Below, piece after piece: positions 22,200 through 33,592 of a stretch of 34,738 bases of DNA. Made by a program: the position numbers and the translations under genes. The stretch is taken from positions 1 through 34,738 of the forward strand of contig MU054363.1 in NCBI GenBank assembly GCA_013239625.1, given 5' to 3'. The stretch comes from Lama guanicoe (taxonomy: Eukaryota). The notes beneath the pieces were generated by a model, which was given only the letters and a program-made list of their open reading frames with translations, was not told the DNA's origin and searched no databases. Position 1 is the first letter of the stretch, and every line of letters starts with the position of its first letter.

Positions 22200-23330
22200 T
22201 GGAGTAAAATATAGATAAATTAACAGGAAAGTGACATGGCATGTATGATGGTGGTCAACACTATGGGGGGGGAATAAGCAGAGAAGAGGAAAGGCATGCT
22301 GGGCTGCTATTTTCAGCAGGATGGATGGGGTCAAACTCAAAAGAAGACCTCTAAGCAGAGAATTTAAGGATGCACAGGAGTAAGTCAGGGATACCAAAGG
22401 AAGGAAAGTTCCAGGCAGAGGGAACAGCAAGTATAAAGGTTCAGACTTGACAGTGTTTTTTTGAAACAGTAAGGAGACCAGTGTGGGTGAACAGAAGGAA
22501 CATGGGTTAGGAGAAGAATTTGCAGAAACAGCAGGGGCCAGATCGGGTGGGGCTGTAGACGCTGCCGTGAGTTTGTGGCTTTTACTTCGAATGTGACAGG
22601 AGCATGTTGGTAAGAGTGGTATGATCTGACTCATATTTTAGCTGCGTCCTCCATCTGCTATGGTAAGACGAATAGATGCAGAGTAGCCTGGCAGAATGCC
22701 GCCAGAACAGTCCAGACAAGAGGTGACAGTGGCTTGAAACCAGGGTGGGAGCCGTGAAGCTGCCAAGAAGTAGTCAATGAGTAGGCATGCTGTGAAAGCA
22801 GACTTAACAGGACATGCCAGTGGGCTGGATATGTGCATAAGGAAAAAGAGGTGTCAGAGAGGACACCAGGATTCTTTTGACCTTGAACAGTTCAGACTGA
22901 GCTACCACTGACCGAGACGGGGAAGACGCAGGTTTCAGGCAGAGGGAAACAGCACGGGTTTGGATTTGGACATGTGAAGTTTGGGAGGCTTATTGGACAT
23001 CCAAGTAGGAAAGTGAGGCAAACATTTGCACATGGAATCCATGACAATACGAACTGGCAGGGAGGGGCACAGCACATGTATGAGAAAGCCAGTGGACTAG
23101 ATGATGTGAACAAGGGAGAAAGCGTAGAGAAGAAGAACTAACCCAGGATTGAGTCCTGGGGCTTCGGCATGTGAAGGTCAGAATGATGAAGAAAGGCTGA
23201 GAAGACTGAGCTGGAGAAACTAACGGAGTAGGAACAAATCCAGAGGCGAGTGTGTTGTCCCTAAAGCCAAGCGAAGGAGATGTCTTCCGTGGAGAGTGTG
23301 ATCATCAGAACTGACAAGAAGTTATGAAAC
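22200..23330 (-). mobile_element. L2 LINE fragment
   Basis: ccaggcagagggaacagcaag and tttggacatgtgaagtttg...ggacatccaagt are L2 hallmark segments. Confidence 0.85.
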
Positions 23331-23853
23331 TGACTCAGAAACTCTAACTAGAGAGGTAATGAATACCTCCGTGGTGTCTGATGATGGAAAGAAGCCAGTC
23401 ATCCCTGCACACTGCAGATAGACCAAAGTTTATAAAGTCTTGATGTTTCTGGAGCACTTTACATTTAGAAATCCCCAGAAACCAGACTAACAACACCTCC
23501 ACTATGCAAGGATATTTACAACTACGATGACCCACAGACTGGTCTAGTTCTACAAAGTGCAACACCTTGCATAGAAATATAGTTCTACCCGGCTACTTTC
23601 AATGCGACTTGTGTTTCTTTCTGGAATCTGGATGCAAAATCCCTTCCCACCCAACTGAACCTTGGTTATTCTCAAAGTCTGGATGAGGTCGAATATGTAG
23701 TTCAAGACACATACCGTATATCCATATAAAATCTGCAACCGGCCCAGGCCCGATCTCACCCGGAACACAAAATGGAACCCACTGGAGTTTGGAAACTGGC
23801 CACCTTTTCCTTAGACCGTGAGCCCTGCCAGACAAATCGCAGAGCACACTTAC

Positions 23854-24024
23854 TTCAGGTTTTTCAGGAGGCAGCCCTGCTGTTTCAGCACTTCACAGAG
23901 TAGCATCACCCCCAGGTCACCCAGGTCGTTGCTGCCTAGACTCAGCTCTCGCAGGCTCCGGTTAGAGGTCAGCAGTGTGGAAAGATCCCAGCAGCAGTGT
24001 GAGGTGAGGGTGCAGTTATCTAAC
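23854..24024 (-). CDS. NLRP3: NLRP3 penultimate exon, 171-nt LRR exon ([56 protein letters not shown])
   Basis: ttgcAG acceptor at 24026-24025 and GTAAGT donor at 23853-23848. Exactly 171 nt, phase 2-2, as typical of NLRP LRR exons. The peptide matches NLRP3. Confidence 0.97.
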
Positions 24025-24481
24025 CTGCAAGAAAGGAGGTGATTTAGAGAAAATATCCCCCAGATCTTAGCCTGGAATGTTTCAAATGCAAAAAAAAAAA
24101 AAAAAGGTTATTCTTCCCTCCTTTTCAGATGAGAGTATTTTTTTTTCCAGGCTACTGGGTTGTGCAGATTAAATTAGCAATAGTGGTTTATGAATTAATT
24201 TTTCCCAAACTCTGTGTCTCCCCCCAAGTTTTCCTAAAACACAAGTGCTATTCCCATCCTTTTGTGGGAGAGAGATTTATGGTGGAAGGAGCTCCAGTAT
24301 TTGCCTTTACACCATCTAAAAGTACAACTCCTCGCTGTCCCATGGTCCTGTAAAAAGCCACACCCTAGGAGGACGCCATCACTCCTCAGATACAGGTTAG
24401 CTTGCCATCATTTCCCACAAACTACCCCCTTCCCCTCAGCCACCATGTGTTCCCATCACCATAACGAGCTAGGATACTTAC

Positions 24482-24652
24482 TGCAACATCTGAAGCTTGC
24501 AGTTGGGGTGCAGGAGTCCCTCACAGAGGAGCTTGACCCCCATGTCTCCAAGAGCGTTGCCCCGGAGGTAAAGGTGTGTGAAATTCTGGTTAGCGCTGAG
24601 CACTGAGGACAGAGCCTGACAACAACCTGATGTGAGGCCAGAATTCACCAAC
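24482..24652 (-). CDS. NLRP3: NLRP3 third-from-last exon, 171-nt LRR exon ([56 protein letters not shown])
   Basis: ctacAG acceptor at 24654-24653 and GTAAGT donor at 24481-24476. 171 nt. The peptide matches NLRP3. No further upstream exon was recognised up to the window end. Confidence 0.97.
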
Positions 24653-25836
24653 CTGTAGAGTGAGCAGAGAGAAGAATCCTCAGGGTCCCAGCCTTCCTTG
24701 GACACTGCACAGCTGTCTCAGCACAGGAACTTCATCTTACCTGAAAAGCTTTATCCTTCAACTTAAAGATCAGGAGCCAGCTTCTTGGATATAAGCATGA
24801 CTCCCTATCTCTGGCCCCATACCAGAAACCAAAGATGGTCTCAGAAGATGCTTTCCTGGGATCAGCAGACGAGACAGAGCAAAAGCATACTGATCCACAT
24901 TCCCTCCATATTTGCTCCTTCTTTTTATACATATTCCCTCTGGCCATGCATGTTCCTCACTCCCACTTCTTCCAGAAAGACACTCCAGATTGTCTTTGAC
25001 TAATAATTCCCACAACATTGCAGAGGCTTTCCTTATTTGGTTCTTATCCCAACCAGGCAGGGTGGCAGTGCAGCTACGTAACTCTTACATATTTTTTTTA
25101 CAGATTGGAAATCTGAAGCTCATTAGATCATATGCTTCCCTTAAGGTCAAAGAGAAAGTACATGGTAGAAGGGGACCCAGACTTAAGCCTTCTAACGCCA
25201 TCCCCCACTCTGTTGCCCCTTCTGTCCATTTCACGCTACCTTCTGCAATGTAAAGGGCCTCTCAGAGCATAAAGCTCTAGGTCTCCATTTTACTCAGTGG
25301 AATGAAGATTTTTGATGTCCTACTCTTGGATCAAGTTGAACGTATTCTGTTACCTAACAAGAGCATGAGGGCTCTGAAATAGACAGCTGTGTCATTGCTG
25401 CATAGACACTCAGAGGGTCGTATACAGTGTACAGAAAGTCACATATGCTAGGCCTTCAGCAAAGGCTTGATTTAAGAACATCTCAGGCAGTCACATCCCT
25501 TTCTGCCAGGATCCTTAACAATGACATGCTTTTAAATTCTAAGTGTCTTAGAATCAAGGAAAATAGAAAAACAACAGAAATCATTGAGATAAGTATAGCG
25601 TTGACCAGATGACCAAAAGGAAACAGAAGTACTTGTTTATCTACTGGTCTCCACCTTCGCAGTCAAGGGCGAATCGCAGCAGAAAAGACTGAGCAAGCAA
25701 GACAGAGAGGGAAGTGAAGCCCAAGAGGAATGAGCGAAAACAACCGAGCGGTTTGCAGCGCTCTTACCTCCGGCTAAGGAGACTTTTATCAGAGGGTCTT
25801 TAGTGAGCCTCAGAAGGGGTTTTCAGGACTCCTGGC

Positions 25837-26391
25837 TGTCACAGACTGAATGTAGCATGCCCCAAATTTCCTACGTTGAAATCTTAACTCCCAAGGCGGT
25901 GGTATTAGAATGTGAGTATTTTGCAATGTGATTAGCTCTTGGGAGCGAAGTCCTACCTATAGGATCAATGCCCTCATAGAAGAGTTCCCAGAGAGCTGTC
26001 TCCCCAGCGTCACCATATGAAAACACAGCTAAGGCGGCTGTGCACAAGCCAGGAAAAGAGTCCTCACCAGGAACCAGGTGCTCTACAGGCACCTTGATCT
26101 TGGATTTCCAGCCACCAGAACTGTGAGAAATAAATGTTTGTTGTATGAGCCACCCAGTTTATGGCATTTTTATTATAGCAGTGTTTTTAAAAAATATAGA
26201 TTAGTTTTTTTTTAATGTTATTTTATTTATTTGAGATTTGGGGGGGTAATTAGGTTTATTTATTATTTATTTACTTGTTTTTAGAGGCGGTACTGGGGAT
26301 TGAACCCAGGACCTCCTGCATGCTAAGCACACGCTCTACCACTTGAGCTATACACTCCCCCCCATTATAGCAGTCTTAATGGACTAAGACA
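25837..26391 (+). mobile_element. MLT1A-like MaLR solo LTR interrupted by a SINE
   Basis: tgtcacagactgaatgt...ccagaactgtgagaaataaatgtttgttg...ggactaagaca. Confidence 0.88.
26186..26363 (-). mobile_element. tRNA-Ala-derived SINE (camelid Vic-1 type)
   Basis: The minus strand reads GTATAGCTCAAGTGGTAGAGCG...CCTGGGTTCAATCCCCAGTACC (A and B boxes), then AAATAAATAAACCTAATTACCCCCC and an A-rich tail. TSD attatagcagt at 26172-26182 and 26364-26374. Confidence 0.9.
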
Positions 26392-26879
26392 CTGTCAAAG
26401 ACGAAGAACATTCCAGCAGACTAGAGATGGTCATCAAAAAGGAGAAGAAAGAATATTTTCAAAGTTACAGAATTGTAAGCTTTACCACTATTTCCAGAAA
26501 AGGGCCAGAAGTTATTATGCAACAGATGTTTGAGGAGAAGTACGCAGAGAAGCGTCAGCAATTACATGCAGATAAGGTCGTTTTCTCAAGAATAAGTCAC
26601 AGTGGAATTATCGAAATGTTGGTAACCACTGAGACTGAGTGATGGGTACACAGAGCACGTAAAGAAATACTCAGAAAATCAAACCACCAACCAATCCACT
26701 AGATTAGAGGACTGTAACCGACATCACATATCTTGGTTTCCACCAATCTATTCAACTCAGTTCTACATTTACTGAACACATATCTTGCCAGGTACTATAT
26801 TAACTTAAATAATTGCTTTAAAAAATGCACTAATGATATGCCTTATGTTACAAATACGTCTCACAAAGAACATTGAGGA

Positions 26880-27360
26880 AGAAGATTTAACACTTATTGA
26901 GTAAGTGATGATGACTTTAAGATTATCTCATTGAGTTATTATGAAACCAAGATATAGGTGTTGTTGTTATCTCTGTTTTTAAATAGAAAAACTGAAGATC
27001 AAAGAAATTAATTGAAGAAACAGAAGGAGCTTTCTAGATGGACAGTAGGAGAGTAAGGGTGACCCTCCAGGCAGAAGGAAAGGGATATGCAAGGGTGAGG
27101 AAGGGTGAAAGAGTGGGCCTTTTTGAAACTAAGAAGCTAATTCAGCATGACTCAAAATGGATTAAAGGGTATGGTAGATGAGAAGGAAGAAGCAGTGATC
27201 TAGGGCTGGTCAGGGAGAGCCTTATGTGCCAAGCTAAGCTATATCAAATTCACTCTGACTTCAAAAAAAAAAACTTCTGAAAGTTTTTTGAACAAAGGCA
27301 CAATATTATCACACTTGCATTTTAGAAAGTTCCCTCTGGTGTTATGTAGAGGGAAGATGA
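26880..27360. mobile_element. MIR and L2 remnants
   Basis: aacacttattgag...aaaactgaagatcaaaga (MIR) followed by ccaggcagaaggaa...ttgcattttagaaag (L2). Confidence 0.55.
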
Positions 27361-27946
27361 AAGGTAAAGGGAATTGAAAGTAAAAAGAAAAAATTAGAAT
27401 TACTCTTTGTTTACTTGTCACAGGAAAGTCCCAGGGAAGTCCCACTATTCCATGAGACGGAATGTAGAGGGCATTGATAAGTTACAAGGAAAAGGAAAAT
27501 GCATTACAAGAAATAATTTTGCAAATACTTAGCATGTAGTGTTTGTGTAATACTGTGGAGGGGGCAGAGGGAATATGCAGCCAGAAAGAAAGGCCTAAAG
27601 TTCGAGAAAAAGAAAATTCAGCCATACTTAACAAAACATAAAATGCCTAAAAGTTTTGCCTCCTTAATTCCACTTACAGGTATCAGTCTCAAAAGAAATA
27701 TACATACACAAAGCTGCATGTATAAGCATGCTTTTTTTAGAGTTGTTTGTAATAGTAAAAAAAGTAGAAATTCATCCAAAGGCTCATCACTCAATGAGTA
27801 GCTAAATAAATTACCATAATGAATAACATGGAGCATTATGCCCAAATCTGTAAATTTGTATATGCCATCATGGCAATGTATCCACAATAAATGAAAGAAG
27901 CAAATCATAGAAGAGTAGTTACACAATGATTCCAGTTTGGACAGAG

Positions 27947-28460
27947 TGTTATGGATGAATTGTATACCCCCAAATTTCATATGTTGAAGTCTTATCCCCC
28001 AAGACTTCAGAATGTGGCCTTATTTAGAAACAGAGTCACTGAAATACATGTACATTCATGTATGACTAAACTATTGTGCTGTACACCAAAATTGACACAA
28101 CATTGTAAACTGACTATAACTCAATTAAAAAAAAAAGAAATAGTCATTGATATGTAATTAGTTAAGATGAGGCCATTAAGATAAGCTCTAATCCAGTAAG
28201 ACTGATGTCCTTATAAAAAGGGGGAATTTAAGCACAAAGACAGACAGACACACACCAACACGATGAGAGCACCAGGTACAGATGAAGACTGAGATTGAGG
28301 TGACACACCTGTAAGCCAAGGAACGTCAAAGATTGCCATCAAACCAACAGAGCTAGAAGAGAAGTATAGAACACAGTCTTCCTCACAGCTGTCAGAAGGA
28401 ACCAAACCTGCTCACACCTTAATCTTTTAGCCCCCACTGCTAAGACAGTAAATTTTGGTT
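27947..28460 (+). mobile_element. MLT1B-like LTR with a nested young L1 tail (28043-28135)
   Basis: tgttatggatgaattgt...ttcatatgttgaagtc...cagaatgtggccttattt. The tail is bounded by the imperfect TSD gaaacagagtcactga / gaaatagtcattga. Confidence 0.85.
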
Positions 28461-29703
28461 GGAACATTGTAACAATAGCAGAATACACATTCTTCTCAAG
28501 TGCACACGAAGCATTTTCTAGGATAAATCATGTTAGGCCACAAAACAAGTCTTGGAAAATTCAGGAAGATTGAAACCATGCCAAGTATTTTCTCTGACCA
28601 CGATGGCATGAAACTAGAAATCATAACAGGAGGAAAACTGAAAAACTCAAGAACATGTGAAAGTTAAACAGTGCTCTTCTGGAACAACCAGTGGGTCAAA
28701 GAAATCACAGAGGAAATAAAAAAGTATCCTGAGTCAAACAAAAACACAAGACACCAGAACTTACAGGATGCAGCCACATCAGTTCTAATGGGAGAGTTTC
28801 TAGCTATCCATCTATGAATAAAATTGAGAGACCTTTGTAAATTTTTTTAAATAAAAAAAATTTTTAATTAAAAAATTAAAAGAATTTTTTTAATTGAGAG
28901 GTCTTAAACAGCTAACTTTACAACTCAAGAAACCAGAAGAGGAATAAACTATGCCCAAAGGTAACAAAAGGAAGGAAACTAAAAAGATTAGAGCAGAAAT
29001 AACTAAACTAAAGAACAGAAAAATAACTGAAAAAATAGAAAACCAAGAGTTAGTCCTTTGAAAAGATAAGCAAAATTTACAAACCTTCAGCAGGACAAAC
29101 TAATAAAAAAGAGAACCGAAATCAACAAAATTATAAAGAAAAGAGGAGACATTAAAACTGTTACTACAGACAAAATAAACGTATTTTCAAATACAAAACC
29201 ACTGATACCACAGAAAAACAAAAGATCGTAAGAACTGCTGTGAAACCAACAAATTGGGCAATCTAGAAAAATGGAAGAATTCTTAGAAACATACAAACTA
29301 TCAAGACTGAATCAGGAAGAAACAGAAAATCAAAATCGGCCAATTACTAGTGTAAAGATGGAGTCAGAAGTCAAAACACTATTAACAAAAAAACGTCCAG
29401 GATGAGATGACTTCATTGGTGAATTTTATTAAACATTTAAAGAATTAACACCAATTCTTCTCAAACTCTTCCAAAAATCGAGGAAGGAACACTTCTAAAC
29501 TCATTTTATGAAGCCAACATTACCCTGATACCAGATAAGACTCTACAAGAAAAAAAAAAAAAAACCACAGGCCAATTCCTTTGATGAATACAGAAGTAAA
29601 AATTCTCAACAAAATGTTAGTAACCCAAATTCAGCAGCACATAAGAATCACACACCATGATCAAGTGGAATTTATCCCTGGGATGCAAGAATAGTTCAAC
29701 ATA

Positions 29704-29889
29704 GAATAAAACAAACAAACAAACAAATTTCTTCTGTATAGCACAGGGAACTATATTCAGTATCTTATAATAACCTTTAATGAAAAAGAATATGAAAATT
29801 AATATATGATGTAAATGCATGACTGGGACATTGTGCTGTACACCAGAAATTGACATGCTGTAACTGACTATACTTCAGTTAAAAAAATA
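29704..29889 (+). mobile_element. Young L1 3' tail nested in the old L1
   Basis: ctgtatagcacagggaactatattcag...tgtgctgtacaccagaaattgaca...aaaaaaa. Imperfect flanking repeat aagaata(g/c)tt. Confidence 0.8.
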
Positions 29890-30385
29890 AAGAATACTTA
29901 ATAAATGCAAGTCAGTGTGATACACCACATTAATAAAATAAAAAAAAATGACCATCTCAATAGCTGCAGAAAAAGCATTTGACAAAATTCAACATCTGTC
30001 CGTGATAAAAAGTCTTAACAAATTAGGTATAGAAGGAATGTACATCATCATAACACAGGGCATATATGACAAGCCCACCGTTAACGTCATACTCAGTGGT
30101 GAAAGACTGGAAGATTTTCATGTATGATCGGGAACATGAAAAGAGTGTCCACTCTCACTACTCCTATTCAACATAGTACTAGAAGTCCAAACCAGAGCAA
30201 CCAGGCAAGAAAAAGCAATAAAAAGCATCAGAATTGCAAAAGAAGAAGTAAAACTGACTATTTACAGATGACAGGACTTAATACAGAAAATCGTAAAGAT
30301 TCAACTGAAAAAACTGCTAGATCCAATCAGTGAATTCAGTAAAGCTGTAAGATACAAAATCAACATATAAATGTCAGTAGCATTT

Positions 30386-30428
30386 TGTGCAGTATTGGTG
30401 GTGTGGTGGGGAGCATAGCTGCCTTCCA
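30386..30428 (+). pseudogene. Tailless retropseudogene of the 5' half of tRNA-Gly(TCC)
   Basis: 30392-30428 matches GCGTTGGTGGTATAGTGGTGAGCATAGCTGCCTTCCA at 32/37 and ends at the anticodon loop. 17-bp TSD (15/17 identical) at 30369-30385 and 30428-30444. Confidence 0.88.
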
Positions 30429-30481
30429 AAAGTCAGCAGCATTTCTATACACTAATAACAAATTATCTAAAAAAGAAATTA

Positions 30482-30767
30482 CACAGATTTGTTGTTACTA
30501 GAGGGGAGGTGGGTGGAAGGGATAAACTGGGAGTTTGAGACTTACAGATACTGACTGGTATATATAAAACAGATAAACAAGTTTATACTATATAGCACTG
30601 AGAAATATATTCAATATCTTGTAGTAGCTTATAGTGAAAAAGAATATGAACATGAATATGTGTATATTCATATATGAATGAAGCATTGTGCTGTACACCA
30701 GAAAAGGACACAACAGTGTAACCTGACTATAATTCAATTAAAAAAAAAAAACTTCACCAAGAAGAAA
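30482..30767 (+). mobile_element. Young L1 3' tail nested in the old L1
   Basis: gggataaactgggagtttgag...tgactataattcaattaaaaaa. TSD aaaaaagaaatta at 30469-30481 and 30768-30780. Confidence 0.85.
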
Positions 30768-31144
30768 AAAAAAGAAATTAAAAAAAAATCCTATCCATTT
30801 ACAGTAGCATGAAAAACCATCATATACTTAGGAATAAACTTAACCAGGAGATGAAAGATCTCTACACTGAAAACTAAGATCCTGATGAAATAAATTTAGA
30901 AAGACAAAAAATGAAAAGACATCCCTTGTTCATGCATTGAAAAAATTAATATTATCAAAATGTCCATACTATTTAAATGCATCTATAGATTAAATGGTTT
31001 CCTTATCAAGTCTTGAATGGAATGTTTTGCAGAGGCAGAAAAAACACTCCTAAAATTTACATGGAACCACAGATGACTCAGAATAGCCAAAGCAGTCGTG
31101 AGAGAGGAGAATAAAGCTTCCTGAATTCAAAGTATATTGTAAAG

Positions 31145-33592
31145 GAGAGTGGCCAAGATGCAGAGTAGAAAGACACTGAGTTCAGCTCCTCCCATGAGCA
31201 CACCAAAATCACAACTATCTGCAGAACCACTATTGATGGAAAAAAAAAAATACCAGAAAAGATCTTCTACAACTAGAGACAGAAAGAAGGAACCACAGCA
31301 GGATGGTAGGAGGGCCAGACTCTCAATATAATCAAGTCCCATACTCTCCAGGTGAGCAACCCACAAACTGAAGAATATTATATTGCTGAGTTTCTCTCAC
31401 AGGAGAGAGAGTTCTGAGCCCCATGTCAGGCTCCCCAGCCCAGGGGTCTGGCATCAGGAAGACAAGACCCCCAAAGCATTTGGCTTTGAAGGCGAGTGGG
31501 GCTTCATTGCAGGAATCCCAGAGAACTAAGAGAAACAGAGACTTCACTCCTAAAGGGCACACCAAATCTCACGTGCACTGGGACCCAGGGCAAAAGCAGT
31601 AATTTGATAGGAGCCTGGGTCAGACCTACCTGCTGGCCTTGGAGAGTCTCCTAGAGAGGCCAGGGGCAGCTGCAGCTCACCCTGGGGATATAAACACTGG
31701 TGGCAGATGTATTGGGGAACATTCAAATGTGTGAACACTGCTGCTGATGGCAGCTGGTATCTTGGCTCATTAGCTCCAAGACCTGGCCCCACCCAATAGC
31801 CTGCAGGCAACAGTGCTGGGACCCCTCAGACCAAACAACTAACTGGGCGGGACACAGCCCCAGCCACCAGCAGAGAGGCTGCCTAAAGACTAAAGAGCAC
31901 ACAGCCACCCCTGGACTAGCGCCTACACATGGCCCAGCCCACTGGAGGGCAGAGAGCCAGCTGACAGGCACTGGGGTGCTCCCTCACCAGGAGGCCTGTA
32001 CAAGCCTCTAGATCAGCCTCACCCACCAGAGGGCAGACACTGGAAAACTGCGATCCTGCAAGACAGGGCAGATCCTATCTTTGGACCAGCTGGGCCCTGG
32101 CCCTGACCACTAACAGGCCAACACAACCATTGGCACATCCCAGACCCCATGCCCTACTGTGCCAGAAACTGGTGGTTCCTCAGTGATGTGAAATGAGCTC
32201 TGGGATTCCCGGGCCCTGCAGCTGGCCAGACTCCAGGATCCAGCCCTGTCTGCCAGTGGACCAGCACTAGCCCCAGGATCTGGCTTCACTTGCCAGTGGG
32301 TGAGCAACAGCCCCAGAGTCTTTTGGACACTGACTCTGCCCACCATGGGGCCAGCACTCGTCCTGGGGCCCCCAGGGTTCTGCAGCCAGCCACTTCATGA
32401 CCAGGCCCCACTACACAGCAGCCAGCAACATCCTCACAAGACAGGGCCTGGCAACCAAGCAGACTAGAGGCCAACCAAACCTACCAGACTGTCCACATTG
32501 TCAGCTCACCACAACAGAAGGACCCATGCAGCCCTCTTAGAGGGAACTCCTAGAGCATGTAGCTTGAGTGATGAGAGGGGAGTGCATTGCTGAGACGCAT
32601 ATGATGCCTCCTACAGAGGGCCACCTCTCCAAGGTTGAGAAACATAACTAACCTAAATAAAAATACAAATAGCAACTTAGACAAAATAAGGTGACAGAGG
32701 AATAAGCTCCAGGCAAAAGAACAAGATAAAACCTCAGAAGAACTAAGTAAAGTGGAGACAGGCAATCTACCCAAGAAAGAGTTCAGAGTCGTGATTGTAA
32801 ATAAAGGTGATCAAAGACCTCGGGAGGAGAATGGAAGCACAGAGCAAGAAGTTAGACGNNNNNNNNNNNNNNNNNNNNNNNNNNNNNNNNNNNNNNACAG
32901 ATGAAGAATAACTGAAATTAAAAATGCACTAGAAAGAATCAACAGTAGACTGATTTAGAAGAAGTGGTAAGCGAGCTGGAAGACAAAGTGGAAACCACTG
33001 CCACTGAATACAAAAAAAAAAAAAAGAATGAAAAGAAATGATCACAGTTTAAGAGACTTCTGGGATAACATCAAACACACTACTAGTTGCATCACAGAGG
33101 CCTCAGAAGAAGAAGAAAGAGAGAAAGGGCCTGAGAAAATGTTTGAAGAGATAATAGCTGAAAACCTCCCTAACCTGGGAAAGGAAATATTCACCCAATT
33201 TCAGGAAGCACAGAGAGTCCCATACAGGATTAACCCCAAGAGGAACACATCAAGACACACTGTAATCAAAATGACAAAGATTAAAGATAAAGAGAGAATA
33301 CTAAAAGCAGCAAGGGAAAAGCAACCCATAACATACAAGAGGACTCCTGTGAGGCTGTCAGCTGATTTTTCAGCAGAAATTGCAGGCCACAAGGGAGCGG
33401 TGTGATATATTTAAAGTAATGAAAGCAAACAACCTATAATCAAGAGTTCTCTACCCAGCAAGGCTCTCATTCAGATTTGATGAAGAAATCAAAAGCATTA
33501 CCCACAAGAAAAAGCTAAAAGAATTGACCACCACCAAACCAGCTTTACAACAACTGTCAAAGGAACTTCTCTAAGAGAAAAAGAAAAGGCCA
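31145..33592 (+). mobile_element. L1 5'UTR + ORF1-only insertion (half-L1-like)
   Basis: Begins gagagtggccaagatg (L1 5' end), followed by a GC-rich UTR and a degenerate ORF1 (about 32686-33574; EEIIAENLPNLGKE, QEAQRVPYRINPKRNTSRH, ILKAAREK). TSD at 31128-31144 and 33593-33609. Confidence 0.85.
32859..32896. other. Assembly gap (38 N)
   Basis: Run of n. Confidence 1.

Noticed and set aside
23375..23450. TGATGA motif suggesting a C/D box snoRNA
   Set aside because: It is antisense to the host gene, with no convincing D box or terminal stem.
24653..24705. N-terminal extension of the LRR ORF ([12 protein letters not shown]...)
   Set aside because: It is intronic read-through upstream of the acceptor at 24654-24653.
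26285..26363. Apparent tRNA-Ala gene on the minus strand
   Set aside because: It has a SINE body, A-rich tail and TSD and lies inside an LTR, so it is a SINE head.
33028..33405. 125-aa ORF as a host gene
   Set aside because: It is a fragment of a frameshifted L1 ORF1.
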